Part shown: piece by piece, positions 34,497 through 42,593 of the stretch
Position numbering within the stretch: position 1 is the stretch's first letter
Layout of the letters: every line of letters begins with the position of its first letter
IMG/VR virus record: IMGVR_UViG_3300028394_000040
From: a virus
DNA: 64,000 nt
Direction: 5' to 3' (one strand)
Notes under the pieces: model-generated
Told to the model about the DNA's origin: nothing
The model's database searches: none
The model's input: the letters and a program-made list of their open reading frames with translations, nothing else
Made by a program: the position numbers and the translations under genes

Positions 34497-35219
34497 TTAG
34501 AAGTTATAAGTTATTATATCGTCATCCTTCGTTATAAGGATAGCAGTTTTAGACTCTACCCAATCCCCGGAGTTAAGATAATGAACTCCATTTAATACTT
34601 TATTATCTGCAGTATGAATATGTCCACAAATTGCTCCTTCACAGTTTCTTTGCTTAGCTATTCTGCATGCATTTTCTTCAAAGTTATTTATAAACGATAC
34701 TGCTTGTTTAACTCTATGTTTGATTTGCCTGGATATAGAAAGGTACGGTTTTCCTCGTAGTTTTCGATACCTGTTGTAAAAAGTGTTAATAGATAAAGCT
34801 AAGTCATATCCTATCGATCCTAATTTGGCAACCCATTTCCATGTTGAACTAAATACATCTAGGATATCTCCATGAAATACTAGATAGTTCTTTGATCCTA
34901 TTTTAAGCTTATAGTCTTCTAAAATTTCTATATTACCTTTTATAGATACTTTAAAAAAATCTTTAATAAAATCATCATGATTACCTCTAAGGTAAATAAG
35001 CTTAGTATTTTTCGAAATAGTTAAGAGCTTCTTAATAACTTTAGTGTGTTGCTTTCTCCATTTGCTCCCTCTTTCTAAAGCCCAAGCATCTATAATATCT
35101 CCATTTAATATTAAAGTATTACAAGAGTAATTATCTAAGAACTCAATAAATTCTTTAGCCTGACTGTCTTTAGTTCCTAAATGAATATCAGATACTATAA
35201 TTGTTTTATACTTGGTCAT
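34497..35219 (-). CDS. UDP-2,3-diacylglucosamine pyrophosphatase-like (LpxH/YbbF family) metallophosphoesterase
   Basis: SDIHLG, LNGDIIDAW, GNHD, FHGD, CGHIH and YLNSGDWVES motifs. Confidence 0.85.
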   Translation of the reverse strand: MTKYKTIIVSDIHLGTKDSQAKEFIEFLDNYSCNTLILNGDIIDAWALERGSKWRKQHTKVIKKLLTISKNTKLIYLRGNHDDFIKDFFKVSIKGNIEILEDYKLKIGSKNYLVFHGDILDVFSSTWKWVAKLGSIGYDLALSINTFYNRYRKLRGKPYLSISRQIKHRVKQAVSFINNFEENACRIAKQRNCEGAICGHIHTADNKVLNGVHYLNSGDWVESKTAILITKDDDIITYNF

Positions 35220-36210
35220 ATAGTACGTTTTCTATTGCTTGTAGTACTTCTTCGTCTGTTGATATTTTAAAATCATTCTGAATACCTGATTCAAATGTTT
35301 TATATAGGAAATGTTCTAAATATACTGGAGCTAATGTACCTTTATAACCATTAGGAAATCTACTTGCTGCAGTTGCATTACATTCCTGTTCATATTGTCC
35401 TTTAATTGGTATTGTTAGTACAGGTTTATTTAAGTATAATGCTTCAGCTACTGTTTCAAATCCACCACCTGTAATTACTCCCCTACATTGTAGCAAAGCA
35501 TACATAAATTCAGATTGATTAGCTGATCTAAATTTAACATTTGAGTTATTCCAGCCTGGTTTGTCTATTTGAGATGAGAATATCACAAATTTAAAATCCT
35601 TATATTTGCTAAATATATTAACTAAGTCTTCTACTTTATATGCTGATAAGTAAACTAATATGTAATTTTTACGTTCAGTTTTATCTTTATTATCACGTAT
35701 AACACTTCTGATGTGAGGTGCTAATATAAAGTCATCATACTTATCAAAATGGAATCCAACATTATATTTACACGGAGCGTAATTCTTTAATATCCATTCA
35801 GCCATATGATCTATTTTATATGGTCGAGGAGTATTCTTAGATAAGAACGCAGCATGATGAGATAAGGATAGGGACTTTACTACTCTTAACTTAGCAGCAT
35901 ATGCTGATATAGGTTCAAAATCAGATATAACTAAGTCGTACTGTGTAACATCTAATGTGAATATGTTTTTTATAAACTCTAATACATTAAGCTGTCTAAA
36001 TGTCTTCCAGTAGCTAACCTTTCCGGAACTATACACAAAGGTAAATCCTTTGAAACGGTATTTTATTTTATATCCAATATCGATAGGATTCATTTCTCCG
36101 GATACTAAAATATCTACTTCATGATGTTGTAATAACGGTAAGATAGAAATTGCACGTGAAGCGTGTCCATAACCGGTACCGTTAAAAGCATATAAAATCT
36201 TTAGACTCAT
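35206..36210 (-). CDS. Glycosyltransferase (MJ1255/Glyco_trans_1_3, GT-B)
   Basis: GTGYGHASRA, YDLVISDFEP and GGGFETVAEALYLNKPVLTIPIKGQYEQECNA motifs. Confidence 0.85.
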   Translation of the reverse strand: MSLKILYAFNGTGYGHASRAISILPLLQHHEVDILVSGEMNPIDIGYKIKYRFKGFTFVYSSGKVSYWKTFRQLNVLEFIKNIFTLDVTQYDLVISDFEPISAYAAKLRVVKSLSLSHHAAFLSKNTPRPYKIDHMAEWILKNYAPCKYNVGFHFDKYDDFILAPHIRSVIRDNKDKTERKNYILVYLSAYKVEDLVNIFSKYKDFKFVIFSSQIDKPGWNNSNVKFRSANQSEFMYALLQCRGVITGGGFETVAEALYLNKPVLTIPIKGQYEQECNATAASRFPNGYKGTLAPVYLEHFLYKTFESGIQNDFKISTDEEVLQAIENVLYDQV

Positions 36211-36225
36211 AAAGTTTAATGTTAA

Positions 36226-36438
36226 TTAATTACCTTCTTCCTCTATTATTCCTTGCTCTTCCTCATTCCACTGCACTGTCCCCGTAGTATCCCCTAAAGG
36301 TAAAGTAAAGACAACAAACCCCTTACTGTAATGAGGCTTCTCTACAGGTTTTTCTTTTTTGAATATAGTTGCTATAACAGGAGAAAAAAGGAGAAGTAAT
36401 GATACTATAAACAAACAGCCTTTTAAGAATTTTCTCAT
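36226..36438 (-). CDS. Small membrane/secreted protein
   Basis: N-terminal hydrophobic helix. Confidence 0.55.
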   Translation of the reverse strand: MRKFLKGCLFIVSLLLLFSPVIATIFKKEKPVEKPHYSKGFVVFTLPLGDTTGTVQWNEEEQGIIEEEGN

Positions 36439-36443
36439 ACCTT

Positions 36444-36716
36444 TTAATCTAGTTTAATGTACTTTACTTTATTATAATTTCTGATGTAGTTTAGCCTTGT
36501 CTTTTCTTCTGAAATTGCAGCTAAGGCTTGTTCTTTAGTCAACAATTGATAATTAGCTAAAGGAACCCATTCTTTCAATATACCGCTTGCTTTCTTTTTT
36601 ACAAATGGAATGTAAATAGTCCTATCTCCGTAGACTCTAACTTCGATTCTAAATTTATCTCTTGCATCGGAGGTAATTACTATACCTAAAAGAAACATTA
36701 CTATTAATTTTTTCAT
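36444..36716 (-). CDS. Small secreted protein
   Basis: Signal-peptide-like N-terminus. Confidence 0.6.
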   Translation of the reverse strand: MKKLIVMFLLGIVITSDARDKFRIEVRVYGDRTIYIPFVKKKASGILKEWVPLANYQLLTKEQALAAISEEKTRLNYIRNYNKVKYIKLD

Positions 36717-36736
36717 AACTTTTTAAATTTAATTTA

Positions 36737-36967
36737 TTAATTTTTGTTAAATAACCTTTTAATACTATCCGATAACTCGAAATATAAAGGTACTAATATT
36801 ACTAAAGATACTATTGAAATAATAGGGAAAAAAACTATAGCCCAAGAAATATCTATACCCCATTCTAATTTTACTATTGCTAATATTACAGATGGAACAA
36901 AAGTAACTATAATAAAAAAATCAGCTCCGCTATTAACAGTTTCTTTAATTTTATTTTCCTTTTTCAT
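36737..36967 (-). CDS. Two-TM membrane protein
   Basis: LAIVKL..IDISWAIVFFPI motif. Confidence 0.65.
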   Translation of the reverse strand: MKKENKIKETVNSGADFFIIVTFVPSVILAIVKLEWGIDISWAIVFFPIISIVSLVILVPLYFELSDSIKRLFNKN

Positions 36968-36981
36968 ACCTATTTTTTTAG

Positions 36982-37078
36982 TAGCCAGGACAGGATTCGA
37001 ACCTATACCGCGGCAAGTGAATAGTACTGACCTTTCGGTTACTCCCGTTTCCGCTTTCTACCATTAAACTACCTGACT
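36982..37078 (-). ncRNA. tRNA-like RNA B (97 nt); anticodon arm replaced by an extended GAAA-capped stem
   Basis: Acceptor stem AGTCAGG/CCTGGCT+A; D-loop AATGGTAG; T-arm ATAGG-TTCGAAT-CCTGT; no 7-nt anticodon loop; no encoded CCA. Confidence 0.75.
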
Positions 37079-37194
37079 ATGTACGGGTCTCTCCCCGTTC
37101 GTCACCACTCGCATTTTGGCCATCAATTTGAATTTGCTTCCGAAAAGCTTTTTCTCTTATCTATTATAGCTGCGACCGTGGTTCTCACTACTCG
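37079..37194 (-). ncRNA. Candidate structured RNA between the two tRNA-like elements
   Basis: Stems ACCAC-GG-TCGCA/TGCGA-GTGGT, GCTAT/ATGGC, GCTTT/GAAGC and ACGGG/CCCGT. Confidence 0.45.
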
Positions 37195-37328
37195 TAGTCA
37201 GGACAGGATTCGAACCTGCACAGTCTCAAGAGTTGACATTGCTTGATGCATCAAGGAGACTTCCGGCATTTTACTCTAGTAGCGTCTACCGTCGGCAGGG
37301 ATCCCCCTACCCATTCCGCCACCTGACT
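37195..37328 (-). ncRNA. tRNA-like RNA A (134 nt); Leu-type D arm with an inserted hairpin and an expanded anticodon arm
   Basis: Acceptor stem AGTCAGG/CCTGACT+A; GGCGGAAT..GGTAGACGC; T-arm GCAGG-TTCGAAT-CCTGT; D-loop insert GGTAGGG-GGAT-CCCTGCC. Confidence 0.75.
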
Positions 37329-37331
37329 GTT

Positions 37332-37997
37332 TTACTCTACTCTTTTAATATGATGATCAAATTCAAATCCAGAAGCTATAGGTTGATAGTGCATCTTATT
37401 AATAACCTTTTTAATATTAATCGGATCTAAATCATTACCATCTACCCCTACGTCCATCATTTTACCTTTGCCCATTCTTTTATTAGGAGGTAAGTGAACA
37501 TGACCATGAAGATGTATTACCTTATCATTCATTTTATTCCAAGACATTAACGGGTAATGCATTAACACAAAATTAGCTTCAAAAGTATCATGCATTTGAT
37601 CCATTTTTTTAGCTCCATTCTTCTTTACTTCTAATTCTAAGTACTGATGTACTGAAGAGAATAAACCTCTTATACCTTCTCTGTCTCTATCTATATGGTG
37701 ATCATGGTTACCTAGTACTAGATGAATATTCTTACAGCTGATTCTATTTCGGAACTGCTCTATCATTTCAAAACCTCCAAATGACCAATCACCTAAATGA
37801 AATAAAATATCATCCTGACCTACTAGAGAATTGAGTCCGTTAACGATTCGATCATTCATCTGATCTAATGTCTTAAAATCTCTAGTAATATCATCTGCAT
37901 CTACCCAATTCGTTACTCCTCTACAGATATTTTTATGCATGTAGTGAGTATCTGAAGTAAAAAATAGTTGCTGATTAGGCTCTAATTTGATTTTCAT
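37332..37997 (-). CDS. Calcineurin-like metallophosphoesterase
   Basis: FTSDTH, HLGDWS, GNHD, MHYP and LHGHVH motifs. Confidence 0.9.
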   Translation of the reverse strand: MKIKLEPNQQLFFTSDTHYMHKNICRGVTNWVDADDITRDFKTLDQMNDRIVNGLNSLVGQDDILFHLGDWSFGGFEMIEQFRNRISCKNIHLVLGNHDHHIDRDREGIRGLFSSVHQYLELEVKKNGAKKMDQMHDTFEANFVLMHYPLMSWNKMNDKVIHLHGHVHLPPNKRMGKGKMMDVGVDGNDLDPINIKKVINKMHYQPIASGFEFDHHIKRVE

Positions 37998-38152
37998 CCT
38001 ATTTGATTTTTATCGTCTTCATCGAATCCGAATAAGTCGTTACCTTTATAATCAGGATGATTCGTATTCATGTAATCAAATCCACGTATCCATAACCAAA
38101 TAAATGGTGATGCTAATAATACAATAAGTCCAAATAATGCTAAAAGTTCCAT
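37994..38152 (-). CDS. Small membrane protein (52 aa; not in the ORF track)
   Basis: MELLALFGLIVLLASPFIWLWIRGFDYMNTNHPDYKGNDLFGFDEDDKNQIG. Confidence 0.65.
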   Translation of the reverse strand: MELLALFGLIVLLASPFIWLWIRGFDYMNTNHPDYKGNDLFGFDEDDKNQIG

Positions 38153-38156
38153 AAAA

Positions 38157-38390
38157 TTATATACCTATGTGATCATCTTCTCTAACAAACTCTTTCCATT
38201 TCTCTCCGTACTTTTGTTCAAAGTAATTATTGAAGTTCCCGTTAGGGCCATCTATAATACCATGCACATAAGCTTGCCTAAGCATCTCTCTCATTAAACG
38301 TCTAGCTTTAACTCTGTACTCATCAGTAGTGCTGGCCCATACTGCAGTCCAAACCTCTGCCATTTCATCAGGAGTAAAATTAGCTTTCAT
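38157..38390 (-). CDS. Hypothetical protein
   Basis: 77 aa. Confidence 0.65.
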   Translation of the reverse strand: MKANFTPDEMAEVWTAVWASTTDEYRVKARRLMREMLRQAYVHGIIDGPNGNFNNYFEQKYGEKWKEFVREDDHIGI

Positions 38391-38665
38391 CGTGAAATTT
38401 TTTGAGTATTAGAATAAGGAACTACTATATTAGTCCTATACAAGTAAACAGGGCCATGATACTCAGAAGTAAACATTAGCTCATCGTTTTCAGTTATTTT
38501 AGCATAATGCCTAGTATTACCAGGAAGGCTTACTCTACGAGGTCCGTCAAAAGATCTAAACTCAGTTGCTATAACTCTAAACCAAGTATCTTTTATATAA
38601 ACCTCTAATACTCCTTCACATCTAAAGTCGTTAATTAGCTTACCAGTAAAACCTCTCTTTTCCAT
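38387..38665 (-). CDS. Conserved hypothetical protein
   Basis: WFRV..EFRSFDGPRR motif; own promoter at 38687-38717. Confidence 0.7.
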   Translation of the reverse strand: MEKRGFTGKLINDFRCEGVLEVYIKDTWFRVIATEFRSFDGPRRVSLPGNTRHYAKITENDELMFTSEYHGPVYLYRTNIVVPYSNTQKISR

Positions 38666-38686
38666 AACCTTTATTTTTATTGTGAC

Positions 38687-38718
38687 TAAATATAGATACT
38701 TAGGTTCAATTATGCAAC
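38687..38718 (-). promoter_or_regulatory. Host-type promoter
   Basis: GTTG-N20-TATATTTA followed by AAAGGTT-ATG. Confidence 0.6.
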
Positions 38719-40520
38719 AGTTCTTTAGACTTTTTTCTAGTTTCTTCTACGTCAAATAGCTCCTCGTATTGTGCAAGCATAGCTTCTACTACTGGATGTC
38801 TGTGATTAGTTTTTAACATTATAGTCTCTACATCCTTTACTTTCTTAGATACCGTTAATAAGAATCTAAAACCGCTTTCGTTTTTATACTTTAAATCTAC
38901 TTGAGCTGTATCTCCACAAATAATCATCTTACTCCTAACTCCTAATCTAGATATAATCATGCTCATTTGTTCGTTAGTACAGTTTTGAGCTTCATCTACT
39001 ATTACTATAGAATCTAAAAAAGTATTATGGGTTACCTGACAGTTATCTGTTATATATAGCGAATCTTCTGCTGATACTGATATACACTGTGTCTCTTCAA
39101 AGGAGTATTCTTCAATAGAGACTATTCTTCTAGAAGGTTTTTCCCTAACTTCAAATAAAGATGCTTTTCGTTCTAAAGAGAAAGGATTAAATGCTTCAGG
39201 CATTCTTATCGACAGGTTGTAGCAATCGTGGTTGTAGTTTCTTCCGTACTTATCTACAGTTCCTGCAATTTTATTTAAAGCTACCTTTACTGTACCCCCT
39301 AAAGATTCTACTAAGAATTTTACTCCTTCAGCTAGCTTGTCTGAGATAGTATAGTAATGAGCAACAGAAGAGGTTTTTCTTTTAGTATGTGCACCTCCTG
39401 AGAATATACTCCCATCTGTATCCATAAGACCTCTAAGAAGATCTAATCTTTGCTGGATAGAACCTAGTAGGTATACTCCAGGGATAAACTTTGTTAAAGA
39501 AGAAGTACCTATTAGCTCTAATTCATCTAGTAAATTATAAAGGTTATTTTTAGCGTGACTAGATCTTACTACCTTACCGATGCCGTAATCATATAACGAA
39601 CCTACTCTCTTCTTTATAACAGTACCTTCAGGAAGAAGCTCTTGTACTTTGTCGATAAGCTCTGTATCTGCACTACAGAACGATATTCCTCCTCTTATAC
39701 ATCCATCTCCTAATAATAGTCCTAGAAGGTAAGGGCTAAGCGTTAGCTGCTTCTCTTTAAAATCTACAGCCTCTACCATTGGAAGAGACCATTTCTTTTT
39801 GTTAGTACCTGGTTGAAATATTTGCTCTTTTAACTCTAGAGTAGATTTTACTATCTTTGATTTGATTAACGGTTTGTTTGTATCTGTTACCTCCCATAAG
39901 TGATTTCCAGAAGCAAGTACCGATGAACCATCTGTAAAGCTGATCTTGTATACCTGCTCTGTACCCTGAGGAAATACTCCGGTAATCTTACATGGCTTTC
40001 CGTTTCTTCCTATAACCTCTTCACCTACTTGAAGGCTTCCCATTTCTTTCCATCCTTCAGGGGTTAGCACCTTACTATGTAAAGGCTGAGCTCTTCCACG
40101 CATGAAGGCTACAGGAACTATCTCTACTGTTTCATCTTTAATAATGCCGTCTATCTTATCTTTATTATAAAGCTGATAAAAGTTAGAGTAGATTGGTTGC
40201 ATCCAAGGTTGCATTTTATCTTTTAAGTCTCCTGGAAGGAATCCTATCTCTTCTCTTGAAACTGTAGGACGAGTTACTACTATCTTCTTTACTTGCTTTT
40301 TAAATAACATATCTAAAGCAACGTTACAAGCTAGTAATGTCTTACCACTTCCTGCCTGTCCTGAAAGTATAGATACAGTTGTGTTAAGGATTATTTCTTT
40401 TGCTGCTTTTTGTTCTTCGTTAAGTTGTAATTGAAATTTAATAGGTGCTTTTTTGTTTGCTTTCTCTTCTCTAATTTGTTCGGTAATTGAATCGAACTTC
40501 TCTGATCTATTTTCAGCCAT
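38706..40520 (-). CDS. phoH: PhoH family ATPase containing an intein
   Basis: GQAGSGKT Walker A, IGFLPGDL, FMRGR|intein|TF, VDEAQN, GDTAQVD and HRHP motifs. Confidence 0.95.
   Translation of the reverse strand: MAENRSEKFDSITEQIREEKANKKAPIKFQLQLNEEQKAAKEIILNTTVSILSGQAGSGKTLLACNVALDMLFKKQVKKIVVTRPTVSREEIGFLPGDLKDKMQPWMQPIYSNFYQLYNKDKIDGIIKDETVEIVPVAFMRGRAQPLHSKVLTPEGWKEMGSLQVGEEVIGRNGKPCKITGVFPQGTEQVYKISFTDGSSVLASGNHLWEVTDTNKPLIKSKIVKSTLELKEQIFQPGTNKKKWSLPMVEAVDFKEKQLTLSPYLLGLLLGDGCIRGGISFCSADTELIDKVQELLPEGTVIKKRVGSLYDYGIGKVVRSSHAKNNLYNLLDELELIGTSSLTKFIPGVYLLGSIQQRLDLLRGLMDTDGSIFSGGAHTKRKTSSVAHYYTISDKLAEGVKFLVESLGGTVKVALNKIAGTVDKYGRNYNHDCYNLSIRMPEAFNPFSLERKASLFEVREKPSRRIVSIEEYSFEETQCISVSAEDSLYITDNCQVTHNTFLDSIVIVDEAQNCTNEQMSMIISRLGVRSKMIICGDTAQVDLKYKNESGFRFLLTVSKKVKDVETIMLKTNHRHPVVEAMLAQYEELFDVEETRKKSKELLHN
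39024..40091 (-). mobile_element. Class 3 (Ala1, W-C-T triplet) intein with LAGLIDADG homing endonuclease, 356 aa
   Basis: Starts AQPLHSKVLTPEGW; block B NHLW; LAGLIDADG motifs LLGLLLGDG and LLRGLMDTDG; block F TQCISV; ends VTHN|T. Confidence 0.9.
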
Positions 40521-40631
40521 GTAACAGTTATTTAGTATAAATACTATAAGGTGTACTTTTAAACGAGCTTAATGCCGTATTTCTCTTCTATATAAGCTTT
40601 AAATTCTGCAGCTCTTTCTTTAGTATACTTC

Positions 40632-40859
40632 CTAGATCTTTTCATCGCCAATTCCTAAATCATCTTCAGTAGTTGTTATTTCTGAATAGTCCATATCTTC
40701 TAGAGCATGAATTATTTTATTTCTATCTGTTGTTGGTCGTAGAGTAATTATAGCTCCTGCTTGAGCTTTCTCTCTTTCGTCTTCTAAACTATCAAAATAA
40801 GATAGTACCTTATTAAAGTGATAGTCCTTACCGGACATTTCTTTTATAGAATTTTTCAT
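40632..40859 (-). CDS. Small acidic hypothetical protein
   Basis: 75 aa; TATTTATT at 40871-40878. Confidence 0.6.
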   Translation of the reverse strand: MKNSIKEMSGKDYHFNKVLSYFDSLEDEREKAQAGAIITLRPTTDRNKIIHALEDMDYSEITTTEDDLGIGDEKI

Positions 40860-40881
40860 AATTCTTTATTAATAAATATTA

Positions 40882-41622
40882 CTACAACACTTTGATAGTT
40901 CTTCCTATTTCGAAAAGTAATGGCTTATTAACTATGTCGTAATGCTCATTACAGGAACTAGCGTTAGCATATAGGTTATTACCATCTCCATAGACTCCAT
41001 ATCCTTCGTGAATATGGCCGTATACATGGAGTAAAGGTTTAATTCTGTAATCTAGTTCATCTCGTAAGTCATCACAGCCAACATATTCTTCGGTACTAGG
41101 AATAAAGTCTCCCTTAAAAGAAGGAGGTCCATGAGTTACTACTACATGAGTGCCTTCAGGTATGGTAGCCCATACTTCTCTTATACCATAACCCCTATGC
41201 TTATTGAATGCCCAACGATCTCCATGGAACCATGGTGTTATAGGTGAGCCCCAAATGACTACGTCATCTACAATTATCCAATCGTTCTCTAAGTATTTTA
41301 CACTGAGGTTATCTTGCTCTATCTCTTCAAGTATCTGTCTTAACCAAAACGGTTTATTCTTTCTAGATACCTCCACCTCATCTTCTAAAAAGAATTCTAA
41401 CTCTCCAAAGTTAACATCAAAAGATATATCATGGTTACCTGCTATAAAGACTATGCCATGCTTAAAGTTAGGAGCTATTTCTTTAAACCACTTAAATACA
41501 TCTTCAACTTCATATCTTCTACCGACGCCGGTTAAATCCCCGGCATGTATAAGAAGATCTGCTTCCGGTAAATTTAATTCCCGATGCTTGTTGTGTGTAT
41601 CACTTATGCAACATATTTTCAT
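40882..41622 (-). CDS. Metallophosphoesterase (MPPED/239FB-like)
   Basis: ISDTH, HAGD, AGNHD, THGPP and GHIHEGYG motifs. Confidence 0.9.
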   Translation of the reverse strand: MKICCISDTHNKHRELNLPEADLLIHAGDLTGVGRRYEVEDVFKWFKEIAPNFKHGIVFIAGNHDISFDVNFGELEFFLEDEVEVSRKNKPFWLRQILEEIEQDNLSVKYLENDWIIVDDVVIWGSPITPWFHGDRWAFNKHRGYGIREVWATIPEGTHVVVTHGPPSFKGDFIPSTEEYVGCDDLRDELDYRIKPLLHVYGHIHEGYGVYGDGNNLYANASSCNEHYDIVNKPLLFEIGRTIKVL

Positions 41623-41655
41623 AACTACATTATTTTTTTCTACGATTTAATTTTT

Positions 41656-42408
41656 TCAATCTATTTGATTACTTTTTGCCCAATTCTCTAATGCTTTTAA
41701 ATATCCATCACCCATATGGTCTTTTATGTTCTTACCAGAAAATATTGATTTAACATATAACCAAAATGATTTTAGAGATTTATCTCTTTTTAATTCATTT
41801 CCATTGTTATCTAATCTTAACTGATAGTTAACGTGGTAAAATTTAATATAGGGTGTATGAGTTACTAAATCGTTGTTGTGAACTATTCGCAAAGTATCTA
41901 TACTGCTATTATCATAATTTTCCTTAAATACTTTATTACCTACTCTTGGACTTCCTATAGTTGTTGAACTGACATTATAATTAGAATAATGTTTTTTTAT
42001 TGAATAAGCATAAAGCGTTGCTATTGCCCCTCCTAAACTATGTCCAGTTACTACAATGTTGATAGCTTCACCCTGTAAATTTTCTAATGCATTATCAATT
42101 GCGTTATATGTATCTTCTAATACTGATTCCCAAGCGCTTTTAAATCCAATGTGAACTTTTTCACCTTCGTTTATAAACGGTACTTTATCAATTGAAGCAT
42201 CGTTTTGAAAATCCTTCTTTGATTCGCTGCCTCTCCACGTAATATAAATTGTTTTGCCCTTTATCGCAACAAATCCTTGTGTATCTGATTTTTTATTCTC
42301 AATCCACTTTACTAATAATAATCCATACTCTTCCCAATTTATCTGGTCTCTATTTGAGTAAGCTAATACTGCTAATTTTGAATTATATAATGCTTCTTTC
42401 CTTGTCAT
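41656..42408 (-). CDS. Lipase class 3
   Basis: WRGS, VHIGF, VTGHSLGGAIA, GSPRVGN and DLVTHTP motifs. Confidence 0.9.
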   Translation of the reverse strand: MTRKEALYNSKLAVLAYSNRDQINWEEYGLLLVKWIENKKSDTQGFVAIKGKTIYITWRGSESKKDFQNDASIDKVPFINEGEKVHIGFKSAWESVLEDTYNAIDNALENLQGEAINIVVTGHSLGGAIATLYAYSIKKHYSNYNVSSTTIGSPRVGNKVFKENYDNSSIDTLRIVHNNDLVTHTPYIKFYHVNYQLRLDNNGNELKRDKSLKSFWLYVKSIFSGKNIKDHMGDGYLKALENWAKSNQID

Positions 42409-42412
42409 AATT

Positions 42413-42592
42413 TTAATTTTTGTAATAAGGATCCATATGGTCTATTACGTACCCTAATCCAACTACTACTTTATTTTGCCCAATAAAGACATCATCATCT
42501 TCATCGTAAGTATATACAATGTAATCTTCGTTTCTTGTTTTCCACTGCTTAGGCATTAATGACGGGAATATAGTATATAATATTTTTTTCAT
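42413..42592 (-). CDS. Small hypothetical protein (59 aa; not in the ORF track)
   Basis: MKKILYTIFPSLMPKQWKTRNEDYIVYTYDEDDDVFIG... Confidence 0.5.
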   Translation of the reverse strand: MKKILYTIFPSLMPKQWKTRNEDYIVYTYDEDDDVFIGQNKVVVGLGYVIDHMDPYYKN

Positions 42593-42593
42593 A

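Noticed and set aside
36982-37328. Calling these canonical tRNAs (e.g. tRNA-Leu) or tmRNA
   Set aside because: No 5-bp stem/7-nt anticodon loop can be placed, there is no G3-U70 alanine identity, and no tag reading frame is evident.
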